Shown here piece by piece: positions 50,661 through 60,478 of a stretch of DNA of 64,000 nt. The stretch comes from Oscillospiraceae bacterium (GTDB taxonomy: Bacteria > Bacillota > Clostridia > Oscillospirales > Oscillospiraceae), in assembly GCA_902779945.1 (NCBI GenBank), contig CACZDN010000003.1:16549-80548 (forward strand), written 5' to 3'. Position 1 is the stretch's first letter. Each line of letters begins with the position of its first letter. The position numbers were made by a program, and so were the translations under genes. The notes beneath the pieces were generated by a model. The model was given only the letters and a program-made list of their open reading frames with translations, made no database searches and was not told the DNA's origin.

Positions 50661-51248
50661 ATGCTTTTCAAATCATCCGGTCCCGTATCCTGGCTCGCGG
50701 TCTTTCTCGGCAACCCCGGGCCGCGCTATGACTGCACCCGGCACAACGCGGGCTTCATGGCGGGCGACGCCCTGGCAGAGAAGCTGGGCGTGCGCATCGA
50801 CAGGCTGCGCTTCAAGGCCCTGACCGCCGACGCCGACGTAAACGGGGAGAGGGTGCTGCTCATGAAGCCGCAGACCTTTATGAACCTCTCGGGCGAGGCG
50901 GTCGGCCAGGCCGCGCGCTTCTATAAAATCCCGCCCGAGCGCGTGCTCGTCGTGTCCGACGAGGTGAGCCTGCCCCTGGGGCGCCTGCGCGTCCGCCAGA
51001 AGGGCTCCGCCGGCGGGCACAACGGGCTCAAAAGCATCATCGCCGCCCTCGGGAGCGACGCCTTCCCGCGCGTGCGCATCGGCGTGGGCGCGCCGCCCCA
51101 TCCCGAGTATGACATGGCCGACTGGGTCCTGTCCGTCTTCCGCAACCAGGATCTCGAGGACATGCGCAGCGCCGCCGACAGCGCGGCGGAGGCCGTGATC
51201 ACCTATATCAGCGATGGTCCGGAGCGGACCATGAACCGCTTCAACTGA
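50661..51248 (+). CDS. pth: Peptidyl-tRNA hydrolase
   Basis: GLGNPG..Y..TRHN.GF, MNLSGE and GGHNGLKSI. Confidence 0.95.
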   Translation: MLFKSSGPVSWLAVFLGNPGPRYDCTRHNAGFMAGDALAEKLGVRIDRLRFKALTADADVNGERVLLMKPQTFMNLSGEAVGQAARFYKIPPERVLVVSDEVSLPLGRLRVRQKGSAGGHNGLKSIIAALGSDAFPRVRIGVGAPPHPEYDMADWVLSVFRNQDLEDMRSAADSAAEAVITYISDGPERTMNRFN

Positions 51249-51300
51249 CCCCTGCACATCCCCGCGACAACCTGAAAATTCAAAACTGAGGAGGCTGCCC

Positions 51301-52494
51301 ATGAAGAAAAAATGCATCGCAATGCTTCTGGCAGGCGGACAGGGATCCCGTCTCTACGCCCTCACCCAGAACGTTGCCAAACCCAGCGTGCCTTTCGGAG
51401 GCAAGTACAGAATCATCGACTTTCCCCTCTCCAACTGCGCGAATTCCGGCATCGACACTGTCGGCGTCATGACCCAGTACCGCCCCCTGCAGCTCAACAG
51501 CTACATCGGCAGCGGCCAGCCCTGGGACCTCGACGTGAACGACGGCGGCGTCTACATCCTGCCGCCCTATCAGTCCGCGGGCGAGAAGGGCTCCTGGTTC
51601 ACCGGCACGGCCAACGCCATCTACCAGAACCTGGCCTTTGTCGAGAACTACGATCCGGACACCGTTGTCATCCTCTCCGGTGACCATATCTATAAGATGG
51701 ATTATGCCGACATGGTGCGCGAGCATGTGGAGCATGACGCCGCCTGCACCATCTCCGTGCTGACCGTCACGCTCGAGGAGGCCACCCGCTTCGGCATGAT
51801 GAACCTCGGTCCGGACGGCTATATCAAGGAGTTCGAGGAGAAGCCCAAGCACCCCAAGAGCACCCTCGCCTCCATGGGCATCTACGTCTTCGACTGGCAG
51901 AAGCTGCGCAAGTACCTGATCCAGGACGAGGCAGACCCCAACTCCCGCCATGACTTCGGCCACAACATCATCCCCGCCATGATCGCCGACGGGGAGAAGA
52001 TCTGGCCCTACCGCTTCAATGGCTACTGGAGAGATGTCGGCACGATCGACAGCCTCTGGGAAGCCAACATGGACATGCTCTCTCCGCAGCTGATCGACCT
52101 GTACGATCCCGAATGGCCCATCAGCGCCAGAAGCCCCATCTGCCCGCCGCATCAGGTCGGCGCCCACGCGGACATCAACCACTCCATCGTCACTGAGGGC
52201 TGCGAGATCGACGGCATTCTGGAAAACTCCGTTCTCTCGCCCTCCGTCCATGTCGGCGTCGGCGCGCACGTCAAGTACAGCGTCCTGATGCCCGGCGTGG
52301 TGGTCGAGGCCGGCGCCTCCGTGGAGTACGCCATCATCGGCGAGAACACCGTCGTCCACGCCGGCGCGCGCGTCGGCGCCTCCCCCGCTCCCGGCGCGGA
52401 TAAGTGCATCACCACCATCGGCCCCAGTCTGGAGATCCCCGCCGGCTCCACCGTCAAGGTCGGAGCCATGATCAGCACAAGCGAGGAGGTTTAA
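51301..52494 (+). CDS. glgC: Glucose-1-phosphate adenylyltransferase
   Basis: [11 protein letters not shown]...[22 protein letters not shown]. Confidence 0.95.
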   Translation: MKKKCIAMLLAGGQGSRLYALTQNVAKPSVPFGGKYRIIDFPLSNCANSGIDTVGVMTQYRPLQLNSYIGSGQPWDLDVNDGGVYILPPYQSAGEKGSWFTGTANAIYQNLAFVENYDPDTVVILSGDHIYKMDYADMVREHVEHDAACTISVLTVTLEEATRFGMMNLGPDGYIKEFEEKPKHPKSTLASMGIYVFDWQKLRKYLIQDEADPNSRHDFGHNIIPAMIADGEKIWPYRFNGYWRDVGTIDSLWEANMDMLSPQLIDLYDPEWPISARSPICPPHQVGAHADINHSIVTEGCEIDGILENSVLSPSVHVGVGAHVKYSVLMPGVVVEAGASVEYAIIGENTVVHAGARVGASPAPGADKCITTIGPSLEIPAGSTVKVGAMISTSEEV

Positions 52495-52497
52495 GCC

Positions 52498-53613
52498 ATG
52501 AAGGATTTTCACGGTCTGATTTTTGCCTACTATACCGACCCCAAGCTGCGCGAGCTTGTCAGTATGCGTACCGCGGCCTCCCTGCCCTTCTGCGGCAGAT
52601 ACAGGCTCATTGACTTCTCCCTCTCCGCCATGCGCAACGCCGGCATCGTCGACGTCGGCGTCATCATGCAGCGCGACTACCAGTCCCTGCTGGACCACCT
52701 GGGCGGCGGCAAGGCATGGGATATGGCGCGCCGCACCGGCGGCCTCCGGATGCTGCCCCCCTTCGGCCTGCCCGAGTACCACCGCGGCAACTACGCCGGC
52801 ACCATGGAAGCTCTGATCGCCGTCAGCTCCTACATCAAGAGCGTCAAAGCCAAATACTTCGTGCTGATGCTGGGCGACATGTGCGCCAACATCGACCTGA
52901 CCCTCCCCATGGAGCAGCACCGCAAGTCCGGCGCGCCCATCACCGCCATCTGCACCGACCGGGCCGACGCCGAGGGCTTCCGCATGACCTATATCCCCGG
53001 CGAGAACGGCAAGGCCAAACAGATCCTCATCGACACCGTGGATGAGAAGGAGGGCGTGCTGTCCCTCGAGGCCTACATCATCAACAAGGAGACCCTGCTC
53101 GAGCTGATGGAGACCAGCCGCAAGCAGAGCCTCTACCGCTTCCACAAGGATACCCTGGACAACTGGCTGAAAAACGGCGGCCAGATGGACATCTACATCC
53201 ACCACGGCTACACCGCCCTCATCCGCAATGTCGACAGCTACTACAAGGCCAACATGGACATGCTCGACAGCGAGATCCGGCATGAGCTCTTCCCGACCGA
53301 GCGGCCCGTCTTCACCAAGATCCGCGAGGAGGTCAGCACCTACTACGGCGTGGACTCCTACTCCCGCAACTCCCTGGTGGCGGACAACTGCATCATCGAC
53401 GGCTCCATCGAGAACTGCATCATCTTCTCCGGCGCGCGCATCGCCGTCGGCGCGAAGCTCAAAAACTGCATCGTGATGAGCGACTGCGTCGTTGAGGCCA
53501 ACTGCGTCCTCGACCACTGCATCGTCGACAAGGACGTCAGCTTCTCCGCGGGCACCGTGCTCAACGGCAACGAGCGCCTGCCCATCATCGTCCCCAAGGG
53601 CTCGCACATCTGA
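52498..53613 (+). CDS. glgD: Glucose-1-phosphate adenylyltransferase regulatory subunit GlgD
   Basis: L...R...SLPF.GRYRLIDF.LS.M.N.GI. Lacks the GlgC G-rich loop. Confidence 0.9.
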   Translation: MKDFHGLIFAYYTDPKLRELVSMRTAASLPFCGRYRLIDFSLSAMRNAGIVDVGVIMQRDYQSLLDHLGGGKAWDMARRTGGLRMLPPFGLPEYHRGNYAGTMEALIAVSSYIKSVKAKYFVLMLGDMCANIDLTLPMEQHRKSGAPITAICTDRADAEGFRMTYIPGENGKAKQILIDTVDEKEGVLSLEAYIINKETLLELMETSRKQSLYRFHKDTLDNWLKNGGQMDIYIHHGYTALIRNVDSYYKANMDMLDSEIRHELFPTERPVFTKIREEVSTYYGVDSYSRNSLVADNCIIDGSIENCIIFSGARIAVGAKLKNCIVMSDCVVEANCVLDHCIVDKDVSFSAGTVLNGNERLPIIVPKGSHI

Positions 53614-53781
53614 GTCCGGCTTTTCGGCAACGGCCCCGGCGCGCCGGACGAAAGCCCCGCGCGCCGGGCTTTCCGCTGTCTGAGCAAGTGCCCGCACAGC
53701 ACGGACGCTTGCTCAGGCGGCAGCACTTGCCGCAGTGTATTCTGTTGACCCATACATTCTACCATAAAGGCAGGTTATTTC

Positions 53782-56184
53782 ATGAAGAATCAAATTTCCC
53801 GCGAAGAAATCCGCAGCGCCATCGAAGACAAGCTCTGCGCCCAGTTCAGCATCGAAAGCCCCGAGGCCACCGACGAGCAGATCTTTGAGGCCACCGCCAT
53901 CGTCATCCGCGAGCTGATGAGCAGGCTCCTCGCTGTGGAAGATCCCCGCAAGGGCGAGAAGGAAGTGCACTACATGTCGATGGAGTTCCTCATGGGCCGC
54001 AGTCTCATGAAGAACGCGTACAATCTCGGCGTGTCCGAGGCCATCATCGGCGCGCTCGAGGACATGGGCCGCAGCGCTGCCGACATCTTCGAGGAGGAGC
54101 CCGACGCCGGTCTCGGCAACGGTGGTCTCGGCCGTCTGGCCGCGTGCTACATGGACTCCATGGCGACCGAGGGCCTGCAGGCCACCGGCTACTCCATCTG
54201 CTATGAGCTCGGCATCTTCCGCCAGAAGTTTGAAAACGGCAAGCAGGTCGAGGTGTCCGACAACTGGCGCACCGGCGCCGAGAGCTGGCTCATCCCCCGC
54301 TATGAGGATATGGTCGAGGTGCGCTTCGGCGGCCAGGTCTCCCCGCACTGGGACAACTACGGCCACTACCACGCCGAGCATACCGGCTACACCGCCGTCA
54401 ACGCCCTGCCGCGCGACATGCTGATCGCGGGCTACGGCGGCAAGGATATCAACACTTTGCGCCTCTGGGAAGCGCAGAGCACCAAGTCGCTGGACATGTA
54501 CCTCTTCTCCGAGGGCGAGTATGTCAAGAGCATGGTCGACCGCACCATGGCCGAGGTCATCACCAAGGTGCTCTACCCCGCCGACAACCACACCGAGGGC
54601 AAGCTCCTGCGTCTCAGGCAGCAGTATTTCTTCATCTCCGCTTCCGCGCAGGACATCGTGCGCAAGCACATCCGCAAGTGGGGCGACATCCGCTCCTTCT
54701 CCCGCCACCACGTCATCCAGATCAACGACACCCACCCCACCATGATCATCCCCGAGCTCATGCGCATCTTCATGGACGAGTGCGGCCTGGGCTGGGACGA
54801 GGCCTGGGAGCTCGTCAAGAACAGCGTGGCCTACACCAACCACACCGTCATGAGCGAGGCGCTTGAGAAATGGCCGCAGGACCTGATCCAGCAGCTGCTG
54901 CCCCGCCTCTGGGAGATCATGTGCGAGATCAACCGCCGCTGGTGCGACTTCCTGGTCACCAAGTTCGGCGCGGGCGACAAGCTGGGCCGCAACCTCATCA
55001 TCCGCGACGGGCAGGTACATATGGCAAACCTCTGCCTGGCCTCCTGCTACATGGTCAACGGCGTGTCCCGCCTCCACGGCGAGATCCTGAAAAACGACCT
55101 CTTCCACGACATCTACACCATCTGGCCCGAGCGCTTCACCCACGTCACCAACGGCATCGACCACCGCCGCTGGCTCGCGCAGATCAACCCCGGCCTCCAC
55201 GGGCTCGTGACCGAGCTGCTGGACGGCGAGGATTACCTGATGAAGCCGGAGCTTCTCGCAGGGCTCGACAAATTTGCCGACGACGAGACCGTCCGCGCCC
55301 GCATCAACAGGATCAAGTACGAAAACAAGCTGCGCTTCGCCGATTTTGCCATGCGCAACGACGGCTTTACCCTCAACCCCGACGCCATCATGGACGTCCA
55401 GGTCAAGCGCCTGCACGAGTACAAGCGCCAGCTCCTGTGCGCGATGAACATCGTCGCCCTCCAGCTCAGGCTGCACGACAATCCCAACATGGACTTCGTG
55501 CCCAGGACCTACGTCTTCGGCGCGAAGGCGGCCGCCGGCTACAAGATGGCAAAGCGCATCATCGAGCTGATCCTGAGTCTCGCGAACGACGTGAACAACG
55601 ACCCCGTCTGCAAGGACCGCCTCCAGGTCTACTTTGTGGAGAACTACCGCGTCAGCGCGGCCGAGGCCATCGTCCCCGCGGCCGAGGTGTCCGAGCAGAT
55701 CTCCACCGCCGGCAAGGAGGCCTCCGGCACCGGCTGCATGAAGCTCATGATGAACGGCGCGGTCACCATCGGCACCCTTGACGGTGCGAATGTCGAGATG
55801 TACGAGCTGCTGGGCGAGGAGAACATGTTCCTCTTCGGCCTGCACACCGACGAGATCGCCAACTGGCGCCAGCACGGCTACAACCCGGACGGCATGGCCA
55901 AGGCCGATCCCGAGCTCTACCGCGTATGTATGCACATCATGAACGGCTTCTCCGACGGCAAGAACTACTCCGACGTGATCTCCAACCTGCTCTTCGCCGG
56001 CGACCCCTACATGGTCATCGCCGACTTCCGCAGCTACTCCAACACGCAGGAGAGCATGTACCAGCGCATCGCCGACGCCTCCGAGCGCGGCCGTCTCGCC
56101 CTCGTGAACACCGCGCGCAGCGGCTTCTTCGCCGCCGATCGCGCCATCCGCGAGTACGCTGAGAATATATGGCACATCAGCTGA
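53782..56184 (+). CDS. glgP: Glycogen/alpha-glucan phosphorylase
   Basis: LGNGGLGRLAAC, TNHTV..EALE.W and the PLP-lysine region EASGTG.MK...NGA. Confidence 0.95.
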   Translation: MKNQISREEIRSAIEDKLCAQFSIESPEATDEQIFEATAIVIRELMSRLLAVEDPRKGEKEVHYMSMEFLMGRSLMKNAYNLGVSEAIIGALEDMGRSAADIFEEEPDAGLGNGGLGRLAACYMDSMATEGLQATGYSICYELGIFRQKFENGKQVEVSDNWRTGAESWLIPRYEDMVEVRFGGQVSPHWDNYGHYHAEHTGYTAVNALPRDMLIAGYGGKDINTLRLWEAQSTKSLDMYLFSEGEYVKSMVDRTMAEVITKVLYPADNHTEGKLLRLRQQYFFISASAQDIVRKHIRKWGDIRSFSRHHVIQINDTHPTMIIPELMRIFMDECGLGWDEAWELVKNSVAYTNHTVMSEALEKWPQDLIQQLLPRLWEIMCEINRRWCDFLVTKFGAGDKLGRNLIIRDGQVHMANLCLASCYMVNGVSRLHGEILKNDLFHDIYTIWPERFTHVTNGIDHRRWLAQINPGLHGLVTELLDGEDYLMKPELLAGLDKFADDETVRARINRIKYENKLRFADFAMRNDGFTLNPDAIMDVQVKRLHEYKRQLLCAMNIVALQLRLHDNPNMDFVPRTYVFGAKAAAGYKMAKRIIELILSLANDVNNDPVCKDRLQVYFVENYRVSAAEAIVPAAEVSEQISTAGKEASGTGCMKLMMNGAVTIGTLDGANVEMYELLGEENMFLFGLHTDEIANWRQHGYNPDGMAKADPELYRVCMHIMNGFSDGKNYSDVISNLLFAGDPYMVIADFRSYSNTQESMYQRIADASERGRLALVNTARSGFFAADRAIREYAENIWHIS

Positions 56185-57077
56185 GCTCCAAAAAAGACGC
56201 CGCCGTGGTCATCGGCGGCGTCAATATGGATATCTGGGGCAGGCCCACCGGCGCGCTGGTCAGGCGCGATTCCACCCCCGGTACCGTGCGCATGACGCCG
56301 GGCGGCGTGGGGCGCAACATCGCGCACAATCTGCGCCTTCTGGGGATGGAGGTCGCCTTCGTCACCGCCATGGGGGACGATCTGGCTGGCCGTTCCCTGA
56401 TGGAGGCGTGCACGGGTCTCGGCCTTGACATGCAGTACGCCATGCAGCGCGAGGGCGGGCACAGCTCCACCTACCTCTTTGTCACCGAGGCGGGCGGGGA
56501 TATGGCCGTCGCCATCAACGACATGGACATCTGCGCCGCCCTCACCCCGGACTTCTTCGAGGGCCTGCTGCCGAAGCTGCGCGGCTACGGCGCGGCGGTG
56601 CTGGACGCGAACCTCCCGGCGGAGTCGATCGCCTGGCTCTGCGCCCACCTGCGCGCCCCCATCTATGCGGACACGGTCTCCGCCGCCAAGGCGAACAGGC
56701 TGCTGCCGCAGCTAAAGCGCCTGCGCGCCCTCAAGACCAACACCCTCGAGGCGGAGGCCCTGACGGGGGAGCGGGACCCGGAGCGCGCGGCGGCAAAGCT
56801 TGCCAGACTCTGCCCGGGCCGCGTCTTCCTCAGTCTCGGCGCGGACGGCATGATCGCCGCCGAGCGCGACCGCCTGCTCGTCCTCCCGGTCTATGAGACC
56901 GAGGTGGTCAACACCACCGGCGCGGGCGACGCTGCGGCCGCCGCCATCGTCTGGGCGGACCGCAAGGGCTTCGACCTTCGCGACACCGCGCAGCTGGCGC
57001 AGCTCGCCGGCAGCATCACCTGCCGCAGCGTCAAGGCCAACAACGAGGAGCTCAGCGCCCTGCCGCATCTGATGTAA
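56169..57077 (+). CDS. PfkB-family carbohydrate kinase (pseudouridine-kinase-like)
   Basis: VVIGGVNMDI.G......DS.PG.V...PGGVGRNIA.NL.LLG, and C-terminal TGAGDA. Confidence 0.75.
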   Translation: MAHQLSSKKDAAVVIGGVNMDIWGRPTGALVRRDSTPGTVRMTPGGVGRNIAHNLRLLGMEVAFVTAMGDDLAGRSLMEACTGLGLDMQYAMQREGGHSSTYLFVTEAGGDMAVAINDMDICAALTPDFFEGLLPKLRGYGAAVLDANLPAESIAWLCAHLRAPIYADTVSAAKANRLLPQLKRLRALKTNTLEAEALTGERDPERAAAKLARLCPGRVFLSLGADGMIAAERDRLLVLPVYETEVVNTTGAGDAAAAAIVWADRKGFDLRDTAQLAQLAGSITCRSVKANNEELSALPHLM

Positions 57078-57350
57078 TCATCATCGCACCGCCCGTATGG
57101 GAGGGGCCACTCCCAACAGCATCGGCGGACGTTTCCAGGCGTATGGGAGATCCACGAAGCGCCCGGCGGGGGACTATATGATACGATTATCCGACAGAAC
57201 AGCCTGCATCTTTCCGGCCGGATTCGTGCCGGGCTTCATTATCGGACTTGACCATGCACAAAGGCTGCTCTGCGTCCGTTGCCTTGCCTGACGCAAATCT
57301 GTCTCGGAAATCTTTCAAACCGCCTTACCGGATGATCGTATGAACAGCAA

Positions 57351-57394
57351 CAAGGCACGGCATATTCGCACATTTACGAATTTGCCGTGCCTTG
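57351..57394. terminator. Long hairpin downstream of trxB (weak T-run)
   Basis: Arms caaggcacggca / tgccgtgccttg, extendable inward. Confidence 0.4.
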
Positions 57395-57413
57395 CTGCGC
57401 CGCTTTATGCCGT

Positions 57414-58358
57414 TTACCCCCGCTTTGCGAGATACTTTTCGCACTGCATGGCGGCGACGGCGCCGTCGGCGCAGGCGGTGACCACCTGCCTGAGCGGCGT
57501 GACGCGCACGTCGCCCGCGGCGTAGACGCCGGGGATGCCGGTCTCCATGCGCTCGTTCGTCCTGATATAGCCGTTGTCCATGTCCAGCACGCCCTCAAAC
57601 ATGCCGGTGGTCTTCCTGCCGGTGAAGCCGAAGAGGCCGAACATGCCGTCCGCGGGGTCCGCCTCGCGGGTGGTCAGCTCCCCGGTCACGGTGTCGCGCA
57701 GGACGATCCTGCTGAGCACGCCGTCGCCGCCGAGGTCCGCGACCTCGGTGTTGAGGAGAATGTCGATCTTCGGGTTCTCCTCCAGCTCCTGCCGGAGGGC
57801 GGGCGGCACCGTGAGCGCGGGGCCCTTGTGCAAAAGCGTGAGCTTTTTGGCAAACTTGGACAGGTACAGGGACTCCTCCGCGGCAATGGCGTTGCCGCCT
57901 ACGGTGTAGATCTCAAGGCCGTTGAAGAAGTTCGCGTCGCACACGGCGCAGTAGCTTACGCCCCGGCCCGCGTAGTCCGCCTCATGCTCGCAGCCGATGA
58001 AGCGCGTCATGGCCCCGGTGCAGACAATGACCGTGCGGCCCAGGTATTCGCCCCTGCTGCCGACGAGCTTTTTGACCTCGCCCTCGAGCTCGCAGGCGGA
58101 GATGGTGTCGCCCACGCGCTTGCAGCCGAATTTCATGCACTGTTCGCTCATGGGCGCGATGAGCTCCTGTCCGCTCATGCCCTCGGGCTTTGCCTGGCCG
58201 GGGAAGTTTTCAATCTCATGCGTGAGGAGGATCTGCCCGCCGTCCGCGCCCTTTTCGATGATGAGCACGGAGAGCTTCGCCCGCCCCGCGTAGATGCCTG
58301 CCGCGAGCCCCGCAGGCCCGCCGCCGAGAATAATGACGTCGTAAATTTTGCTTTCCAT
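57414..58358 (-). CDS. trxB: Thioredoxin-disulfide reductase
   Basis: GGGPAG, redox-active CAVC, GGNAIAAEE, and C-terminal GD. Confidence 0.95.
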   Translation of the reverse strand: MESKIYDVIILGGGPAGLAAGIYAGRAKLSVLIIEKGADGGQILLTHEIENFPGQAKPEGMSGQELIAPMSEQCMKFGCKRVGDTISACELEGEVKKLVGSRGEYLGRTVIVCTGAMTRFIGCEHEADYAGRGVSYCAVCDANFFNGLEIYTVGGNAIAAEESLYLSKFAKKLTLLHKGPALTVPPALRQELEENPKIDILLNTEVADLGGDGVLSRIVLRDTVTGELTTREADPADGMFGLFGFTGRKTTGMFEGVLDMDNGYIRTNERMETGIPGVYAAGDVRVTPLRQVVTACADGAVAAMQCEKYLAKRG

Positions 58359-58391
58359 GGTGCGTTCTCCTTTGCTTCTGTTTTCAAATTG

Positions 58392-58420
58392 ATTATATAG
58401 GAATTACGCCCGGGATGCAA
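58392..58420 (-). promoter_or_regulatory. Promoter of trxB
   Basis: Minus strand reads TTGCAT, 17-nt spacer, TATAAT. Confidence 0.6.
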
Positions 58421-58438
58421 GGAAAGCTTTTACGCGCC

Positions 58439-58467
58439 TTGCATCCCGGGTTTTCTTGCGGTATAAT
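58439..58467 (+). promoter_or_regulatory. Promoter of folT
   Basis: TTGCAT, 17-nt spacer, TATAAT. Confidence 0.6.
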
Positions 58468-58491
58468 CCAGGCAGAAAGGAGGCGGAGCCT

Positions 58492-59007
58492 GTGAAACCA
58501 GATACAAAAAAGCTCGCCGTGTCGGCGCTGCTCATCACGGCGGACGTGGTGCTGACGCGGCTGCTCGCGCTCAATACCCCGGTGATGAAGATCGGCCTCG
58601 GCTTTGCCGCCGTGGCCCTCTGCGCCATGCTCTACGGCCCCGGGTGGGCCGCGCTGACGGCGGCGCTCGGGGATCTTCTCGGCTCGCTCCTGTTCCCGAC
58701 CGGGGCCTACTTCCCGGGCTTCACGCTGACGGCGGCGTGTACCGGGCTCATTTTCGGGCTCTGCCTCTACCGCCGCCCGGCCAGCTGGACCTGGGCCGCC
58801 ATCGCCGCCGCGCTGAACACGCTGCTGGTGAGCTATCTCGCCAACACCGCGATGATCTGCGTCATCACCGGCAACAGCCTGCGCACCATGCTCGCGGCGC
58901 GGGCGGTGCAGCTTGCGGTGATGCTCCCGGTGCAGCTTCTGGTCCTCGTCTGGCTCAAAAAATCCCCGGCGGTGGAAAAGCTCGTAAGCCGCGCGGGGGA
59001 TTCGTAA
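58492..59007 (+). CDS. folT: ECF-transporter S component, folate family
   Basis: ..VLTRLL.....MKIGLGF......LYGP..A......DLLG.LLFP.G.YFPGFTL.A. GTG at 58492 with GAAAGGAGG upstream. Confidence 0.8.
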   Translation: MKPDTKKLAVSALLITADVVLTRLLALNTPVMKIGLGFAAVALCAMLYGPGWAALTAALGDLLGSLLFPTGAYFPGFTLTAACTGLIFGLCLYRRPASWTWAAIAAALNTLLVSYLANTAMICVITGNSLRTMLAARAVQLAVMLPVQLLVLVWLKKSPAVEKLVSRAGDS

Positions 59008-59017
59008 GCGCCCAATT

Positions 59018-59166
59018 CAATCTGTTTTTGAGGGAGCTTTGCTTCCTCAAAAACACCCTGAGCCGAACAACGTGAGGCCTCACGCCGACCAAACGCGGCA
59101 TATACGCATTGCCGCGTGCGATAAGCGTGAGTCCTCGATTGCGAAACCGGAGTTTTGCAATCGAAT
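59018..59166 (+). repeat. Family B structured intergenic repeat, copy 2
   Basis: Aligns with the reverse complement of 9647-9797. Hairpins at 59024-59054, ~59070-59084, ~59092-59117 and 59138-59163. Confidence 0.75.
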
Positions 59167-59188
59167 TTATACAAAGGAGGCCGCTGCC

Positions 59189-60478
59189 ATGGCCCGCGAT
59201 ACCGACCGCAGTCTGCAAACAAAGCTCATCTACTCCGTCTATGTCCGCAGCCACACGCCCGAGGGGACCTTCCGGGCCATCATCCCGGATCTGGACCGTA
59301 TCCGCTCGCTCGGCACCGACATCATCTGGTTCATGCCCATCCACCCCATCGGGGTCGAGGGCAAGAAGGGCAGTCTCGGCTGCCCCTACGCAAACCGCGA
59401 CTACCGCAGCGTAAACCCCGCCTACGGGACGCTGGACGACTTCCGCGAGCTCGTCAACGAGATCCACAAGCGCGGCATGAAGGTCATGATCGACGTGGTG
59501 TACAACCACACCTCGCCCGACTCCAATCTCTACCGGGAGCACCCGGAGTTTTTCTACCACGGCCCCGACGGAAAGCCCGGCAACCGCTACGGCGACTGGG
59601 CCGACGTCATCGACCTCGACTACGCAAACCCCGCCCTCTGGGACTATCAGATCGAGTCCCTGCGCTTCTGGGCCGGCATCGTGGACGGCTTTCGCTGCGA
59701 CGTGGCGAGTCTCGTGCCGCTGGACTTCTGGAAGAAGGCCCGCACGGCGGTCAAGCAGGTAAACCCCGGCTGCATCTGGCTGGCCGAGACCGTGCATCTG
59801 AGCTTTGCGTGCAAGGCGCGGCGCCTTGGCTTTCGGGCCATGCGCGACACCGAGGGCTTCGACGCCTTCGACATCGAATACGACTACGACATCCGCGAGG
59901 TCTTCGACAAGCTCCTGCAAAAGAAGACGCCTCTTTCCCACTGGACGGACATGCTCAATATGCAGGAGGGGCTGTATCCCGACAACTACAACAAGCTGCG
60001 CTGTCTCGAAAACCACGACCAGCCGCGCATCGCCTCGGCGGTGCCCGACATGGAGGCGCTGGTCAACTGGACGGCCATGCTCTACTTTCTCAAGGGCACG
60101 ACGCTGCTCTACGCGGGGCAGGAGTGGGCCGATCCCCATCAGCCGAGCCTCTTTGAAAAGGAGACCGTCAACCGCGAGACGGGGCGGAACCTCACGCCGC
60201 TGATGAAAAAGCTCAGGGCCGTGCGCGCGGAGCTCTTCACCGGGGAGGACAGCTTCTGGGCCTCCGCCGACGACGCGCGGCACGTCGCCGTGATGGAGCG
60301 CTTCAGCAGCGCGCGCCACTGCGTCGGCGTCTTCACCCTGCGGGGGGAGACCGCATCCGTCCGGGTCCCGCTGCCGGACGGAGCCTATGAAAACCGTATC
60401 GGCGGCAACACGGTCCGGGTGCGGGACGGCAAGGTCTTCTGCGACGGGACGCCCCTGCTGCTGGTCGAGGAGAGATGA
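59189..60478 (+). CDS. GH13 alpha-amylase-family glycoside hydrolase (cytoplasmic)
   Basis: DVVYNHTS, GFRCDVA, WLAETVH and LENHDQPR catalytic blocks. RBS AAAGGAGG. Confidence 0.85.
   Translation: MARDTDRSLQTKLIYSVYVRSHTPEGTFRAIIPDLDRIRSLGTDIIWFMPIHPIGVEGKKGSLGCPYANRDYRSVNPAYGTLDDFRELVNEIHKRGMKVMIDVVYNHTSPDSNLYREHPEFFYHGPDGKPGNRYGDWADVIDLDYANPALWDYQIESLRFWAGIVDGFRCDVASLVPLDFWKKARTAVKQVNPGCIWLAETVHLSFACKARRLGFRAMRDTEGFDAFDIEYDYDIREVFDKLLQKKTPLSHWTDMLNMQEGLYPDNYNKLRCLENHDQPRIASAVPDMEALVNWTAMLYFLKGTTLLYAGQEWADPHQPSLFEKETVNRETGRNLTPLMKKLRAVRAELFTGEDSFWASADDARHVAVMERFSSARHCVGVFTLRGETASVRVPLPDGAYENRIGGNTVRVRDGKVFCDGTPLLLVEER

Noticed and set aside
57097-57291. 64-aa plus-strand ORF in the kinase-trxB intergenic region.
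   Set aside because: It has no RBS and no protein-like features. The region (57078-57413) is probably non-coding. I could not assign a known RNA family either.
58359-58491. THF riboswitch upstream of folT.
   Set aside because: The predicted promoter leaves only ~25 nt before the RBS, and no THF-riboswitch-like conserved sequence is visible.
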